Below are positions 9,532 through 17,314 of a DNA stretch of 64,000 bases, one piece after another. The notes beneath the pieces were generated by a model that worked only from the letters and a program-made list of their open reading frames with translations, did not search any database and was not told the DNA's origin. Made by a program: the position numbers and the translations under genes. Positions within the stretch are counted from its first letter, which is position 1. Each line of letters begins with the position of its first letter. The DNA is from a virus (taxonomy: Duplodnaviria > Caudoviricetes), in IMG/VR virus record IMGVR_UViG_3300020577_010904, positions 34,043-98,042 of that record, one strand, 5' to 3'.

Positions 9532-10251
9532 TTATTTACGGAAGCAAAGTTGACACTGAGTGCAGGTCAAACGTGGGTAAGGTTCTGGGAGCCCGATTTC
9601 ATTCGGGCAAACCTGTACCCCGTTCGCTTTCTTCAACAAGGTGCGCGGTTTGTCACGGAAGACGAGATCCGACCAAGCCGGTGCCTCTTCTTCTTCGTGA
9701 CTATCGCGCGCCATCCAAGCAATACCCTTCAGGCCCGGCACCCTTGGTGGGGTGCCGGTCTGAATGTCAGCTGAGTACCAGAGCCGCATGTTCTTGACCA
9801 AGGCCAAGCGTTGCAGCACTGGGGCGATCTCTTCGTCGCGCCAAGATCGCGTGTAACCGAAAAACACCACGCGGGGTGTCTGCTTAACGATCTGAAGCCA
9901 CTTCTCAGTGTATTCAGCGTCGAAGAAGTCACCCGCACAATGGATCCGCATGACGCGGACACTGTGCGCCCAGAGAGCCTTCGTCATCCAGGGAACAAAT
10001 TCCTTGGACTCTGAAAACTTATGGTTCAGGTTCATTCGTTGACGGACACTGGGCATATTGTAAAACCCGCCCATTGCATAGCAGACACTCGCGCAGGCTT
10101 TTGTTTTACCGGGACAGGTAACGCCGGCCGTGATAGACCAGCTGTGAATACCCGGCCCCAGCTTGTTGTTAATTGGATTGCCCAGCTTCGGCTGGAACTT
10201 TTCGGCATCGGACACACGCTTGGCTTTGGACCTAACGAGTGTCTGTGTCAT
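9532..10251 (-). CDS. GP88-family protein (radical-SAM-like Cys motif)
   Basis: N.KLG...WSITAGVTCPGKTKACASVCYA, RIHCAGDF and GYTRSW are typical of phage Gene product 88. Confidence 0.8.
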   Translation of the reverse strand: MTQTLVRSKAKRVSDAEKFQPKLGNPINNKLGPGIHSWSITAGVTCPGKTKACASVCYAMGGFYNMPSVRQRMNLNHKFSESKEFVPWMTKALWAHSVRVMRIHCAGDFFDAEYTEKWLQIVKQTPRVVFFGYTRSWRDEEIAPVLQRLALVKNMRLWYSADIQTGTPPRVPGLKGIAWMARDSHEEEEAPAWSDLVFRDKPRTLLKKANGVQVCPNEIGLPEPYPRLTCTQCQLCFRK

Positions 10252-11255
10252 TCGCTCACCGTACGCTGGGGTCGCAAGCTAACGGCGCGACGACCACGCC
10301 CTGCTGCCGCTTCAAACTGAGTTTGAATGCGGGCTGCGTTCACAGCTTCGTTGGCCGTGTTACGCAACAAGTCCAAAAGGCCGTTGTCAGTGGCCGTCAC
10401 TTTGTTCTGCTCGGACGGAACAATCGAATCAAGGGTCTGAGACAGCTCCTTAATCTTCCTGTCCAGCTCGGCATCCTTGACGAAGTCGAAGGTCTCCAAC
10501 TTTTCCATCGCACGACGGATTGGAGTCACCGACTTGGTCGACACCTTGCCGTCACGTTCGATCAGATCCTTCAGGCTATTGACCGCATCAGCAAACTCGG
10601 CCCGGGGACCGGCGATCAACTGCTGCGTAACCTGTTCAACCATCTCGTGCGTTCGGGCGCGGGCGTCAGCCAGGAAGGACTTTTCACCGACCTTCTTGAT
10701 CTGACTCATCGCCATCCCGAACGGGATCGAAACAGTGTCGATACGGGCGCTGTGCAACATGGTCGACATGTCAGGGATCTGCTCCTTGACCAGTTCGTAC
10801 ATGTCATCGCCCATCTTCTGCCGGACCTTGTCCCGGAACGCATTGGTGTCCTGCAGCCAGTGCCGGACACACGCACGCATGGCGTCGTGCTGCAGGTGCA
10901 GCTGGGTCAGCAAGGTCTCCACGTGTTTCTGTGGAACCAAGTAGAGCCCGCGGATCATGAACCCATGGGTGGCATCCGAGTCTTCATCGGCGCCTGGCGG
11001 CATCGTTCGAAATCGTTCGGTGTACTGGTCAAGCAGGCGCCCGACCGTGGCATCGATTCGATCGAGTTCAGAAGACATCTCAGCCGGCATGAGTTTCCAT
11101 GCCGGTGCTGTCGCTTGTTTGGCGTCGAGGTTGTGTTCCCCGACAGAGACCTTCGCGTTCTTCACTTTGAAGGTCATACGCGGGCGATGCACAGAGATGT
11201 GCAACAGCTCGCAGAGTTCGTTCAACCTGATGGTGAGTTCGATTTCACCAGACAT
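10248..11255 (-). CDS. DUF3150-like helical protein
   Basis: WKLMP..L.RID...GLYLVP motif, helical composition, and position in an AAA/DUF1257 module. Confidence 0.6.
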   Translation of the reverse strand: MSGEIELTIRLNELCELLHISVHRPRMTFKVKNAKVSVGEHNLDAKQATAPAWKLMPAEMSSELDRIDATVGRLLDQYTERFRTMPPGADEDSDATHGFMIRGLYLVPQKHVETLLTQLHLQHDAMRACVRHWLQDTNAFRDKVRQKMGDDMYELVKEQIPDMSTMLHSARIDTVSIPFGMAMSQIKKVGEKSFLADARARTHEMVEQVTQQLIAGPRAEFADAVNSLKDLIERDGKVSTKSVTPIRRAMEKLETFDFVKDAELDRKIKELSQTLDSIVPSEQNKVTATDNGLLDLLRNTANEAVNAARIQTQFEAAAGRGRRAVSLRPQRTVSE

Positions 11256-11599
11256 AAGGCGTTACTTTCGATCCATTTAACTTCCTCCGCGAGGGCCACA
11301 GCTTTGGTCGCAAAAGGACCAAGCGTGCGGCCACCCACGGGGGACATATCAGCAAACCAGGCCGAGGCCAGTTTGATTTCAGTACCATCGGGCATCGGAA
11401 AGACCCCGAAAGCAAGATTGATGGGTGCGTCTTTATTGTCGGCAATAAAGTTGTCGATCGCGACCTGGCTCAATTGAGACCAGGGCTCGACATGACTCGC
11501 CCGTCGCATGGAAACGTCACCGAGGTTGCCGAGCAACCCGACCGCTTGATCGCTGTGGATAAACTCCATAGTGCCGCCGTTTGCTACTGCAACCCGCAT
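11222..11599 (-). CDS. Conserved 'RASHVEP' protein of the DUF1257/DUF2997 module
   Basis: RRASHVEP ... WFADMSPVGGRTLGPF...ALAEEVKWI. Confidence 0.7.
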   Translation of the reverse strand: MRVAVANGGTMEFIHSDQAVGLLGNLGDVSMRRASHVEPWSQLSQVAIDNFIADNKDAPINLAFGVFPMPDGTEIKLASAWFADMSPVGGRTLGPFATKAVALAEEVKWIESNALCLVKSNSPSG

Positions 11600-11601
11600 G
11601 A

Positions 11602-11799
11602 TTAGTTCCCTACAGCATCGACCCGGACTTTTTCCGGCGGACTCTGGTAAAACTCAGCTGTCTTCTCGTCTTCGACAACGGTACCCAAAGCATCGGTGTA
11701 CCGCTTGGTCTGCATAGAGCAGGCCGCCCCTTGTGTACCTTTGACGGTAAACTGAGTCTTACCCTTCGGATCAACTGCGACTGTGATTGTGCTGGACAT
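11602..11799 (-). CDS. DUF2997-family protein
   Basis: ITVAVDPKG...VKGTQGAAC...LGTV...KTAEFY. Confidence 0.8.
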   Translation of the reverse strand: MSSTITVAVDPKGKTQFTVKGTQGAACSMQTKRYTDALGTVVEDEKTAEFYQSPPEKVRVDAVGN

Positions 11800-11995
11800 T
11801 TAATGCCTCGTTGAAAAATTGATCGGCCTCAAGTGAGTCCGCTTCCAGTTGTGCAGCCACATCATCGACCTGCTGACACGCGAGGTCGGTGGCACGCTCG
11901 GTAGACGACAACATCGCGGTCTTATCAACCGCGATGTCGTGTTCTAGCCGTTCCGCATCTGCGAACCTGTTAGGGTCGCGTGGATCCTCTGTCAC
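11771..11995 (-). CDS. Small acidic hypothetical protein
   Basis: 74-aa ORF coupled to the upstream DUF1257 gene by a GTGA overlap. Confidence 0.5.
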   Translation of the reverse strand: MTEDPRDPNRFADAERLEHDIAVDKTAMLSSTERATDLACQQVDDVAAQLEADSLEADQFFNEALNVQHNHSRS

Positions 11996-12411
11996 AATGC
12001 GAAGTTCGGCCCGTCGTTACCGGTTTCGCCGCCAACGGACACCATCTGCTGTGGCGCCTCCTGGATGTCAAAACAGATGTTGCCGTTCTCCACGTACTCT
12101 TCGCCGTAAGTCTGGCCCGAATCTTCGGCAACCTGCTTTGCCGCTTCGAGTGAGTATCGCTGTTGGAACCTGTGCAGTTCAGCGATGTCGCCCCAGTGCC
12201 CGTTGAAATTGTCGTAGTGCAGTTTACCTTCCTTCAGGTCGACCACACACATTTCGTCCCAACCGGGCAACTTGAAGCCCAGACCTTTGACGTTGCGACT
12301 GTACACTTCGAACGTGCCGTGGGTCGCCGGTTCCATCTTCAGCACCTTGCAGGCACGTTGAATGGCTCGTTCGTCCTTCATCAATGTCGAAACTGTTACG
12401 ATGTGAGACAC
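11992..12411 (-). CDS. DUF1257 (Ycf35-like) protein
   Basis: MSHIVTV...LPGW...YDNFNGHWG...FQQRYSLE, with AGGAG upstream of the GTG. Confidence 0.85.
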   Translation of the reverse strand: MSHIVTVSTLMKDERAIQRACKVLKMEPATHGTFEVYSRNVKGLGFKLPGWDEMCVVDLKEGKLHYDNFNGHWGDIAELHRFQQRYSLEAAKQVAEDSGQTYGEEYVENGNICFDIQEAPQQMVSVGGETGNDGPNFAL

Positions 12412-12469
12412 AGTGAAACTCCTAAACGCGTTTTTGAATGAAAACAGGTATCTGGTTCGCTTGGCTTAA

Positions 12470-14290
12470 TTATGACGTCGCATTGACTTTTCGGGAAGAG
12501 ACAGCTCGCTTTCCTCCGGTCAGCGCTGCTGGCGCCGCTTCAACCAGACGCGGTTGAACTGGTCGGGCACTGTCCTTACAGAAGTCACGGATCTGCTGGA
12601 TGTTCTCGCCATCGAGCTTCATCAGCGGGATAATCGTGGTTGCGGCTTTCATCAGATCAGCCGCCGTAGGATCGCCGCCGTGAGCCGCAAATGCAGTCAA
12701 ACGGGCCTGGACCACAACGGCTTCGATTTCCGCACCAACAAAGTCTGTCATGGCATCCAAGACGTCGTCTTTGTCCTTGTCGTTGGCCAAGATTGTTGCC
12801 ATGTCCAATTTGCGCAATCGCATGTGAATTCCGAGGATCTGTTCACGTTCAGTGACATTCGGAATGTCAGTGTACCAGATCTCGTCGAAACGCCCGCGAC
12901 GTAAGAATTCCGGAGGTAACCCTTTGGTCCGGTTCACGGTCATGATCACGAAGCTGCCGTCCTTCTTATCGGCCATCCAGCTCAGGAACTTACCGAACAC
13001 ACGACGAGTGACACCCGAGTCACCAGACGCGTCCGCGGCACCGCCCCACAGCTTGTCAGCTTCATCGATCAGAACCACAGCCCCGCACATGGCTTCGATC
13101 GTACGGATGGTGTCCGCCATGCGCTGCTCAGACTGTCCCACCAAAGATCCGAAGATGGCACCAACGTCCATCTTGACCATCGGCAGATTCAACACGCGAG
13201 AACTGATCTTGGCGACCAGACTCTTGGCAGTACCAGGGACACCGATAATGACAACACCTTTGGGTGCGTCGAGTTCCTTGTCCAATCCGGCCTGCGTGTA
13301 GCAGACCCGGCGTTCCTTGATCCAGGGCACGAAGTCCTGGAAGCCACCGATATCGGCTTCGGTACCGATCGCGCTGCGTTTGACGTATTCCAGTGAAGTT
13401 GCACCCTTGAGGATTTCAACCTTCTGGTGCTCGATGGTATCCAGGATGACGGGATCACACAGATTCCCGTGGCGAACGGCACAAAGTGCCAACGCGTCGG
13501 AGGCTTCCGTGGAACTGAGACCCAACAGCAGTCGTGTGGCAGACTCGGTGAGTGCCACACATTCCGGAGAATTCTTGTCTGGCAAAGCTACCGGGGATTG
13601 CTCTCGCACAGCGTCGTCCAGATCGTCGAAGATTTGCCGCATGTACTTCAATTTCGGCAATGAGAACTCCACTGGAGTAATCGTTGGCCGAATGGACGCC
13701 GAGAACTGAGTCGCAGTACCAATGACAATTGGGATCCGGCGGCGAACGACAGCCGTTGGAATGTCGTCGTTGTTTCTTGCTCGCGGATCATCAATCTCCA
13801 TGTTGAAGTGTCGCTCGCTGACGGCGGTCTGCCACAGCTGGGCTACCGCAAGATCCTGAGCCAGCGGCGCATGCAGATTGCGGAACACGATGAGGCAGTT
13901 ATTGAATGGGAACTCGGTCGGATCCAACACATACTTCAGCGCGGTCAACGGATTGGTGGTTGGCACGCGTTGTGGGTTGTTTGTCCCAGCGCCCTTGGTG
14001 GGGACGTCGAGGGTCTTATTCAACAATTCGCGCATCTTCAGTGGCGCCGTTTTACAAACGGACCGCACCCGAATACCGTCAACGCAATCCCATGTCAGTA
14101 CGGCTTCGTACTGGCAAAGATCCGGCAACATGTACAGCTCTTCTTCGACACGATGCAACTCAGTCGTGTTGATCGACAGGCTTTGGTAACCCGCGCAAAC
14201 GTACTCGTCCACAGTGTTCATGAACGGACTTAGTTTCACAACCGGCAGCGTTGGGCTGCCTGCGCTTATACTTTTTCGGTCAGTCATCAT
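12470..14290 (-). CDS. AAA+ ATPase, Ycf46-like (degenerate N-terminal plus intact C-terminal AAA domain)
   Basis: Walker A GVPGTAKS, Walker B VLIDEADK, pore loop SLVGQSE, sensor TVN and Arg finger RRGRFDE. Start placed at ATG 14290, which overlaps the upstream stop. Confidence 0.9.
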   Translation of the reverse strand: MMTDRKSISAGSPTLPVVKLSPFMNTVDEYVCAGYQSLSINTTELHRVEEELYMLPDLCQYEAVLTWDCVDGIRVRSVCKTAPLKMRELLNKTLDVPTKGAGTNNPQRVPTTNPLTALKYVLDPTEFPFNNCLIVFRNLHAPLAQDLAVAQLWQTAVSERHFNMEIDDPRARNNDDIPTAVVRRRIPIVIGTATQFSASIRPTITPVEFSLPKLKYMRQIFDDLDDAVREQSPVALPDKNSPECVALTESATRLLLGLSSTEASDALALCAVRHGNLCDPVILDTIEHQKVEILKGATSLEYVKRSAIGTEADIGGFQDFVPWIKERRVCYTQAGLDKELDAPKGVVIIGVPGTAKSLVAKISSRVLNLPMVKMDVGAIFGSLVGQSEQRMADTIRTIEAMCGAVVLIDEADKLWGGAADASGDSGVTRRVFGKFLSWMADKKDGSFVIMTVNRTKGLPPEFLRRGRFDEIWYTDIPNVTEREQILGIHMRLRKLDMATILANDKDKDDVLDAMTDFVGAEIEAVVVQARLTAFAAHGGDPTAADLMKAATTIIPLMKLDGENIQQIRDFCKDSARPVQPRLVEAAPAALTGGKRAVSSRKVNATS

Positions 14291-14978
14291 CAATCTCTTG
14301 TTGGGCTCGAAGTTGTAGAGGACGTCTGCCACCAACGGGTGCATGACGTGGCGCACGTTGGCGAATAGGACTTGGTGCCGCAACAGCACCGGCCAGTTGC
14401 GGATAACTGTCCTGCAGGTATTTGAGCAAACGCTCACGGCTCACGCTGGCGTATCGGCTTTGTTCAGTTAAAAAACTCTCGAACGCGGCTTTGATCCATG
14501 CTTCATCAATTGGATCTTGTTGCGGTATGCCTAAACGTAACGCGTATGCCGCTCGGGTCTGCGTTGCTTCTGTGATCGCTGAAGCTGCACTAGCGTTGCG
14601 ATCCGTAGCTCGAAATAGTTCGTCCAGGCGTTTGTCTAATCCATAAATCACCCGCGCGTTTGCCGGCATGGCCAACAGTGTCCGCGTGCGGTTAATGAAC
14701 TTGATTGACCACGAAGAATCGGAATTGGCTTCATCCAGAAAGATCAAGCTGTTTCGGACTGGTGCCGACATCCACAAGATGCAGGCACCTTTCCCGGTTT
14801 GCTTGCGTCCAATGTCGTACGACACGATGAGGTCACCAGGGTCAACCTCGATAGAGGCTTCACTTGGCAGGAAGCCGCTTGAGCCAGGATCGCCGAGCCA
14901 TTCGTGCCCGGTTGTACCAGAGTTCTGGATACGCTTAACGTGTTTGTGCCATTTTGCTGGAGGTAGACTGATCTTCAT
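14280..14978 (-). CDS. Hypothetical protein
   Basis: 232-aa ORF with short overlaps to both neighbours. Confidence 0.7.
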   Translation of the reverse strand: MKISLPPAKWHKHVKRIQNSGTTGHEWLGDPGSSGFLPSEASIEVDPGDLIVSYDIGRKQTGKGACILWMSAPVRNSLIFLDEANSDSSWSIKFINRTRTLLAMPANARVIYGLDKRLDELFRATDRNASAASAITEATQTRAAYALRLGIPQQDPIDEAWIKAAFESFLTEQSRYASVSRERLLKYLQDSYPQLAGAVAAPSPIRQRAPRHAPVGGRRPLQLRAQQEIDDD

Positions 14979-15651
14979 TTGTCAGTAACGCTTTCAGCTC
15001 TTGATTGATGTTTTCAATCCAGTTCGCTTCTCGTTGGGATAGTGGCAATTGATGCAGGGTCTGGATCATTCGACCGAGCCGCTGCTTCAAGTATTCTTGT
15101 AACTCGGCCTCGCGGCCGGTTGAAGCATCCTGAGTCATTTCGAAAAGATCAGGATCCTCAGTATTCTGGTTTGTCGTTTCCCAGCTGGCATCCTTGTCCG
15201 GCAACACAACGTCCAACGGACTCGGTACGGTGTTGAAGCCCTCGTCCTTGAGCGCCTTTTCGATATAGCCAGTAATTTCTGGATTGAACTTTGGCCTCCG
15301 GCCAAGCAAGAGTCCAGTTTCAATCACAGCCCATGCGATTTCGTGAACCTCTGCTGGATCAAAGCTGCCGTCAGTAGGACTGTCGGCCAACACGTTACAG
15401 ATCCGGATGAAGTCAGGGCAGAACTGTTCGAAGTGGTCGGTTCCGAGCACTTCAGCCAGCGCCATGATCTTGTCGAGGTTCTGCGGCAGTACGCCACCGG
15501 AGATCGCGGCCATCTCCATTTCCACGGTTTGTGGATTCCAACGCTCGTCGTCGTTTCCAACCAACGGAGCCAGACCATACAGGTCCACAAACATCAGCAA
15601 CAACGGTGTGGCGAGACTCGGCTCATTGAACAGTTTGGTCGTTTGTGGCAT
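14935..15651 (-). CDS. Acidic helical hypothetical protein
   Basis: 238-aa ORF in the operon. Confidence 0.7.
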   Translation of the reverse strand: MPQTTKLFNEPSLATPLLLMFVDLYGLAPLVGNDDERWNPQTVEMEMAAISGGVLPQNLDKIMALAEVLGTDHFEQFCPDFIRICNVLADSPTDGSFDPAEVHEIAWAVIETGLLLGRRPKFNPEITGYIEKALKDEGFNTVPSPLDVVLPDKDASWETTNQNTEDPDLFEMTQDASTGREAELQEYLKQRLGRMIQTLHQLPLSQREANWIENINQELKALLTNEDQSTSSKMAQTR

Positions 15652-16084
15652 TGATGTAATCCCGTCCCCGGCGAATGTAAAGCGCGTGCAGATCCAGGAT
15701 CAGTTTATCAATGGGCGGAACTTTGGGTAATCCCTCGAATACCTCCCCAGTGGTCAGATTCATGTGCCGTCCGTCTTCGAAGAACAGGAACTTCCTGTCA
15801 GCAAGTCGGATAGAACAATCGTCCTTTTCCGCCAATTTCGGACCGCCATCACCCCATGCGGCGATTCGCGGCTTTAGCTGCTCGAGCATGTTTGCCCGCA
15901 TCGCCTGGTCGAGAATCCCCATTGTGGCTGTGTAATCCGCCAACCAGATCGCACAAAGCACGTCGCCCGGAATAACCGTGTCGTCTTTAGGGACCGGCCA
16001 GTACCCGAACAACTTGAAGATTTGTGCGATCTCGCTGAAGTCAATCCCGTGCATCATGTGCGGGATTTGTTTGACCCGGATCAC
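15623..16084 (-). CDS. Hypothetical protein
   Basis: 153-aa ORF, GTGA overlap with the upstream gene. Confidence 0.65.
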   Translation of the reverse strand: MIRVKQIPHMMHGIDFSEIAQIFKLFGYWPVPKDDTVIPGDVLCAIWLADYTATMGILDQAMRANMLEQLKPRIAAWGDGGPKLAEKDDCSIRLADRKFLFFEDGRHMNLTTGEVFEGLPKVPPIDKLILDLHALYIRRGRDYINATNDQTVQ

Positions 16085-16371
16085 AGCGTGGAGCCCAGCT
16101 TAATCTCGACGCGGAACTTGGCTCCGGTCGGGATGCCAGCCATCGGGTTGCAGATGTTGCCATCCGCATCGACGGCATAAACGGACCCTTCGTCACGGAT
16201 CGCGGCACCAACCAGTCCGCCGGCATTCGCGTAAGCGATCGCCTCGTGGCCAACCTTAACGGTGCGCAGTTCTTCTTGAGTGTCCGCTTCGAACACCGCG
16301 AGGGCCTTCTTCTGACCCAGGTCGATGAAGGAGGCCTTCTCGCCTGACGGGAGCGTGTCAACGATTTTCAT
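16081..16371 (-). CDS. Hypothetical protein
   Basis: 96-aa ORF heading the run. Confidence 0.65.
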   Translation of the reverse strand: MKIVDTLPSGEKASFIDLGQKKALAVFEADTQEELRTVKVGHEAIAYANAGGLVGAAIRDEGSVYAVDADGNICNPMAGIPTGAKFRVEIKLGSTL

Positions 16372-16387
16372 GAAGTTTCCAATGGCT

Positions 16388-16431
16388 AAAAAGAAAGAGG
16401 TCTAACCCAAAACCTGGTAGTGGTTTTGGGT
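16388..16431 (-). terminator. Terminator-like hairpin
   Basis: Perfect 10-bp stem ACCCAAAACC/GGTTTTGGGT (16405-16431), followed on the minus strand by TAGACCTCTTTCTTTTT. Confidence 0.55.
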
Positions 16432-16549
16432 ACGGTTCCGACAAAACATGGTAGCGGGTGGTTCTAATGCCCACAAGCGTTATAGAGGCGGGGATGACGC
16501 GGTGTGGTCCAAAAGGACCAGCACCGCGCCGCTCACCCCCGCAGATGAA

Positions 16550-17029
16550 TTAGACAAGAACAGGTGTCGCGTTACGCTTTTCGATAGCGCGTTCAAGATC
16601 CAAATACGCCTCATGGGCGTTTGAACGTCGCTTTTCTTCCGTGGCCAAAGCTCGCTGCCACTGGTACTCATTTGTGCCAGGACGCAGTGCCACGTACCAT
16701 TGTTTACGCATTGTGGCGCACTCTTCCGCCAGCTGTTCATTCGACATAATCGAAACAGCTTGTGGATAGTTGCACTGCACGGAAGAGAATGCGACTTTGG
16801 CTTCAGTCCAACCACGAAGCCAGTCTCGACGAAACTCACCTTGAGCCGCTGGGGTCAAGGTTTGCATTCCGTCCATGATACCGAGGATAGTGCTGCGGGG
16901 ATTCCCGCTTTCCTTGACCATTTTTCCGAGATTGTAAGCTGCTGAGACTTGTGTTGTTTCAACGTCTTCTGCTGTTCGAACGATTTGCGTTACTGGGAGA
17001 GTCGGGGGTAGCATGCTTGTTCTTTCCAT
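16550..17029 (-). CDS. Hypothetical protein with an Rmf-like motif
   Basis: AYNLGK....G.PR ... RRDWLRGW. ATG 17029 lies just after a terminator. Confidence 0.6.
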   Translation of the reverse strand: MERTSMLPPTLPVTQIVRTAEDVETTQVSAAYNLGKMVKESGNPRSTILGIMDGMQTLTPAAQGEFRRDWLRGWTEAKVAFSSVQCNYPQAVSIMSNEQLAEECATMRKQWYVALRPGTNEYQWQRALATEEKRRSNAHEAYLDLERAIEKRNATPVLV

Positions 17030-17040
17030 GGCGGTGGGAG

Positions 17041-17079
17041 AAAAAAATGAACCGCACAGAAACCATTTCTGTGCGGTTC
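17041..17079 (-). terminator. Intrinsic terminator or attenuator
   Basis: Perfect 14-bp stem GAACCGCACAGAAA-TGG-TTTCTGTGCGGTTC followed by ATTTTTTT. Confidence 0.85.
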
Positions 17080-17250
17080 GAGTTGCGTTATTGCGCGCGG
17101 GGTGGGTCGGCTCTACATGATCTGGTCCTCCTGGGGCCTGAGTACACGACTCGTCATTGGACACGCCCAATTAACCTAGTGGCCGGCAATACGGCCATTC
17201 AGTGTCGTGGTGCCGTGCAGGGCAAAGGCTAACCACATTCCTATATATAC

Positions 17251-17279
17251 TTGACGCTTTTCTTTCAATTATTTAGCAT
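17251..17279 (+). promoter_or_regulatory. Sigma70-like promoter for the HNH gene, possibly overlapping a divergent minus-strand promoter
   Basis: TTGACG-17 nt-TAGCAT in an AT-rich island. The minus strand has TTGAAA-17 nt-TATAGG (17268-17240). Confidence 0.55.
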
Positions 17280-17314
17280 ATTTAGACAACAATTTTTAGC
17301 CAAGAAAGGGCATC

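Noticed and set aside
10239-11477. 412-aa plus-strand ORF
   Set aside because: Antisense shadow of the DUF3150-like and RASHVEP genes, with no motifs. Such shadows are expected in GC-rich coding DNA.
14291-14437. Extended N-termini in the ORF track (also 23104-23340, 33598-33708, 35983-36075, 52733-52960)
   Set aside because: They overlap upstream genes extensively, and downstream ATGs coupled to the previous stop codon are better starts.
17140-17215. tRNA, hammerhead or purine riboswitch identity for the structured leader
   Set aside because: It lacks a T-loop GTTC cloverleaf, the CUGANGA/GAAA core and the purine-aptamer junction consensus. It is kept only as an unknown RNA candidate.
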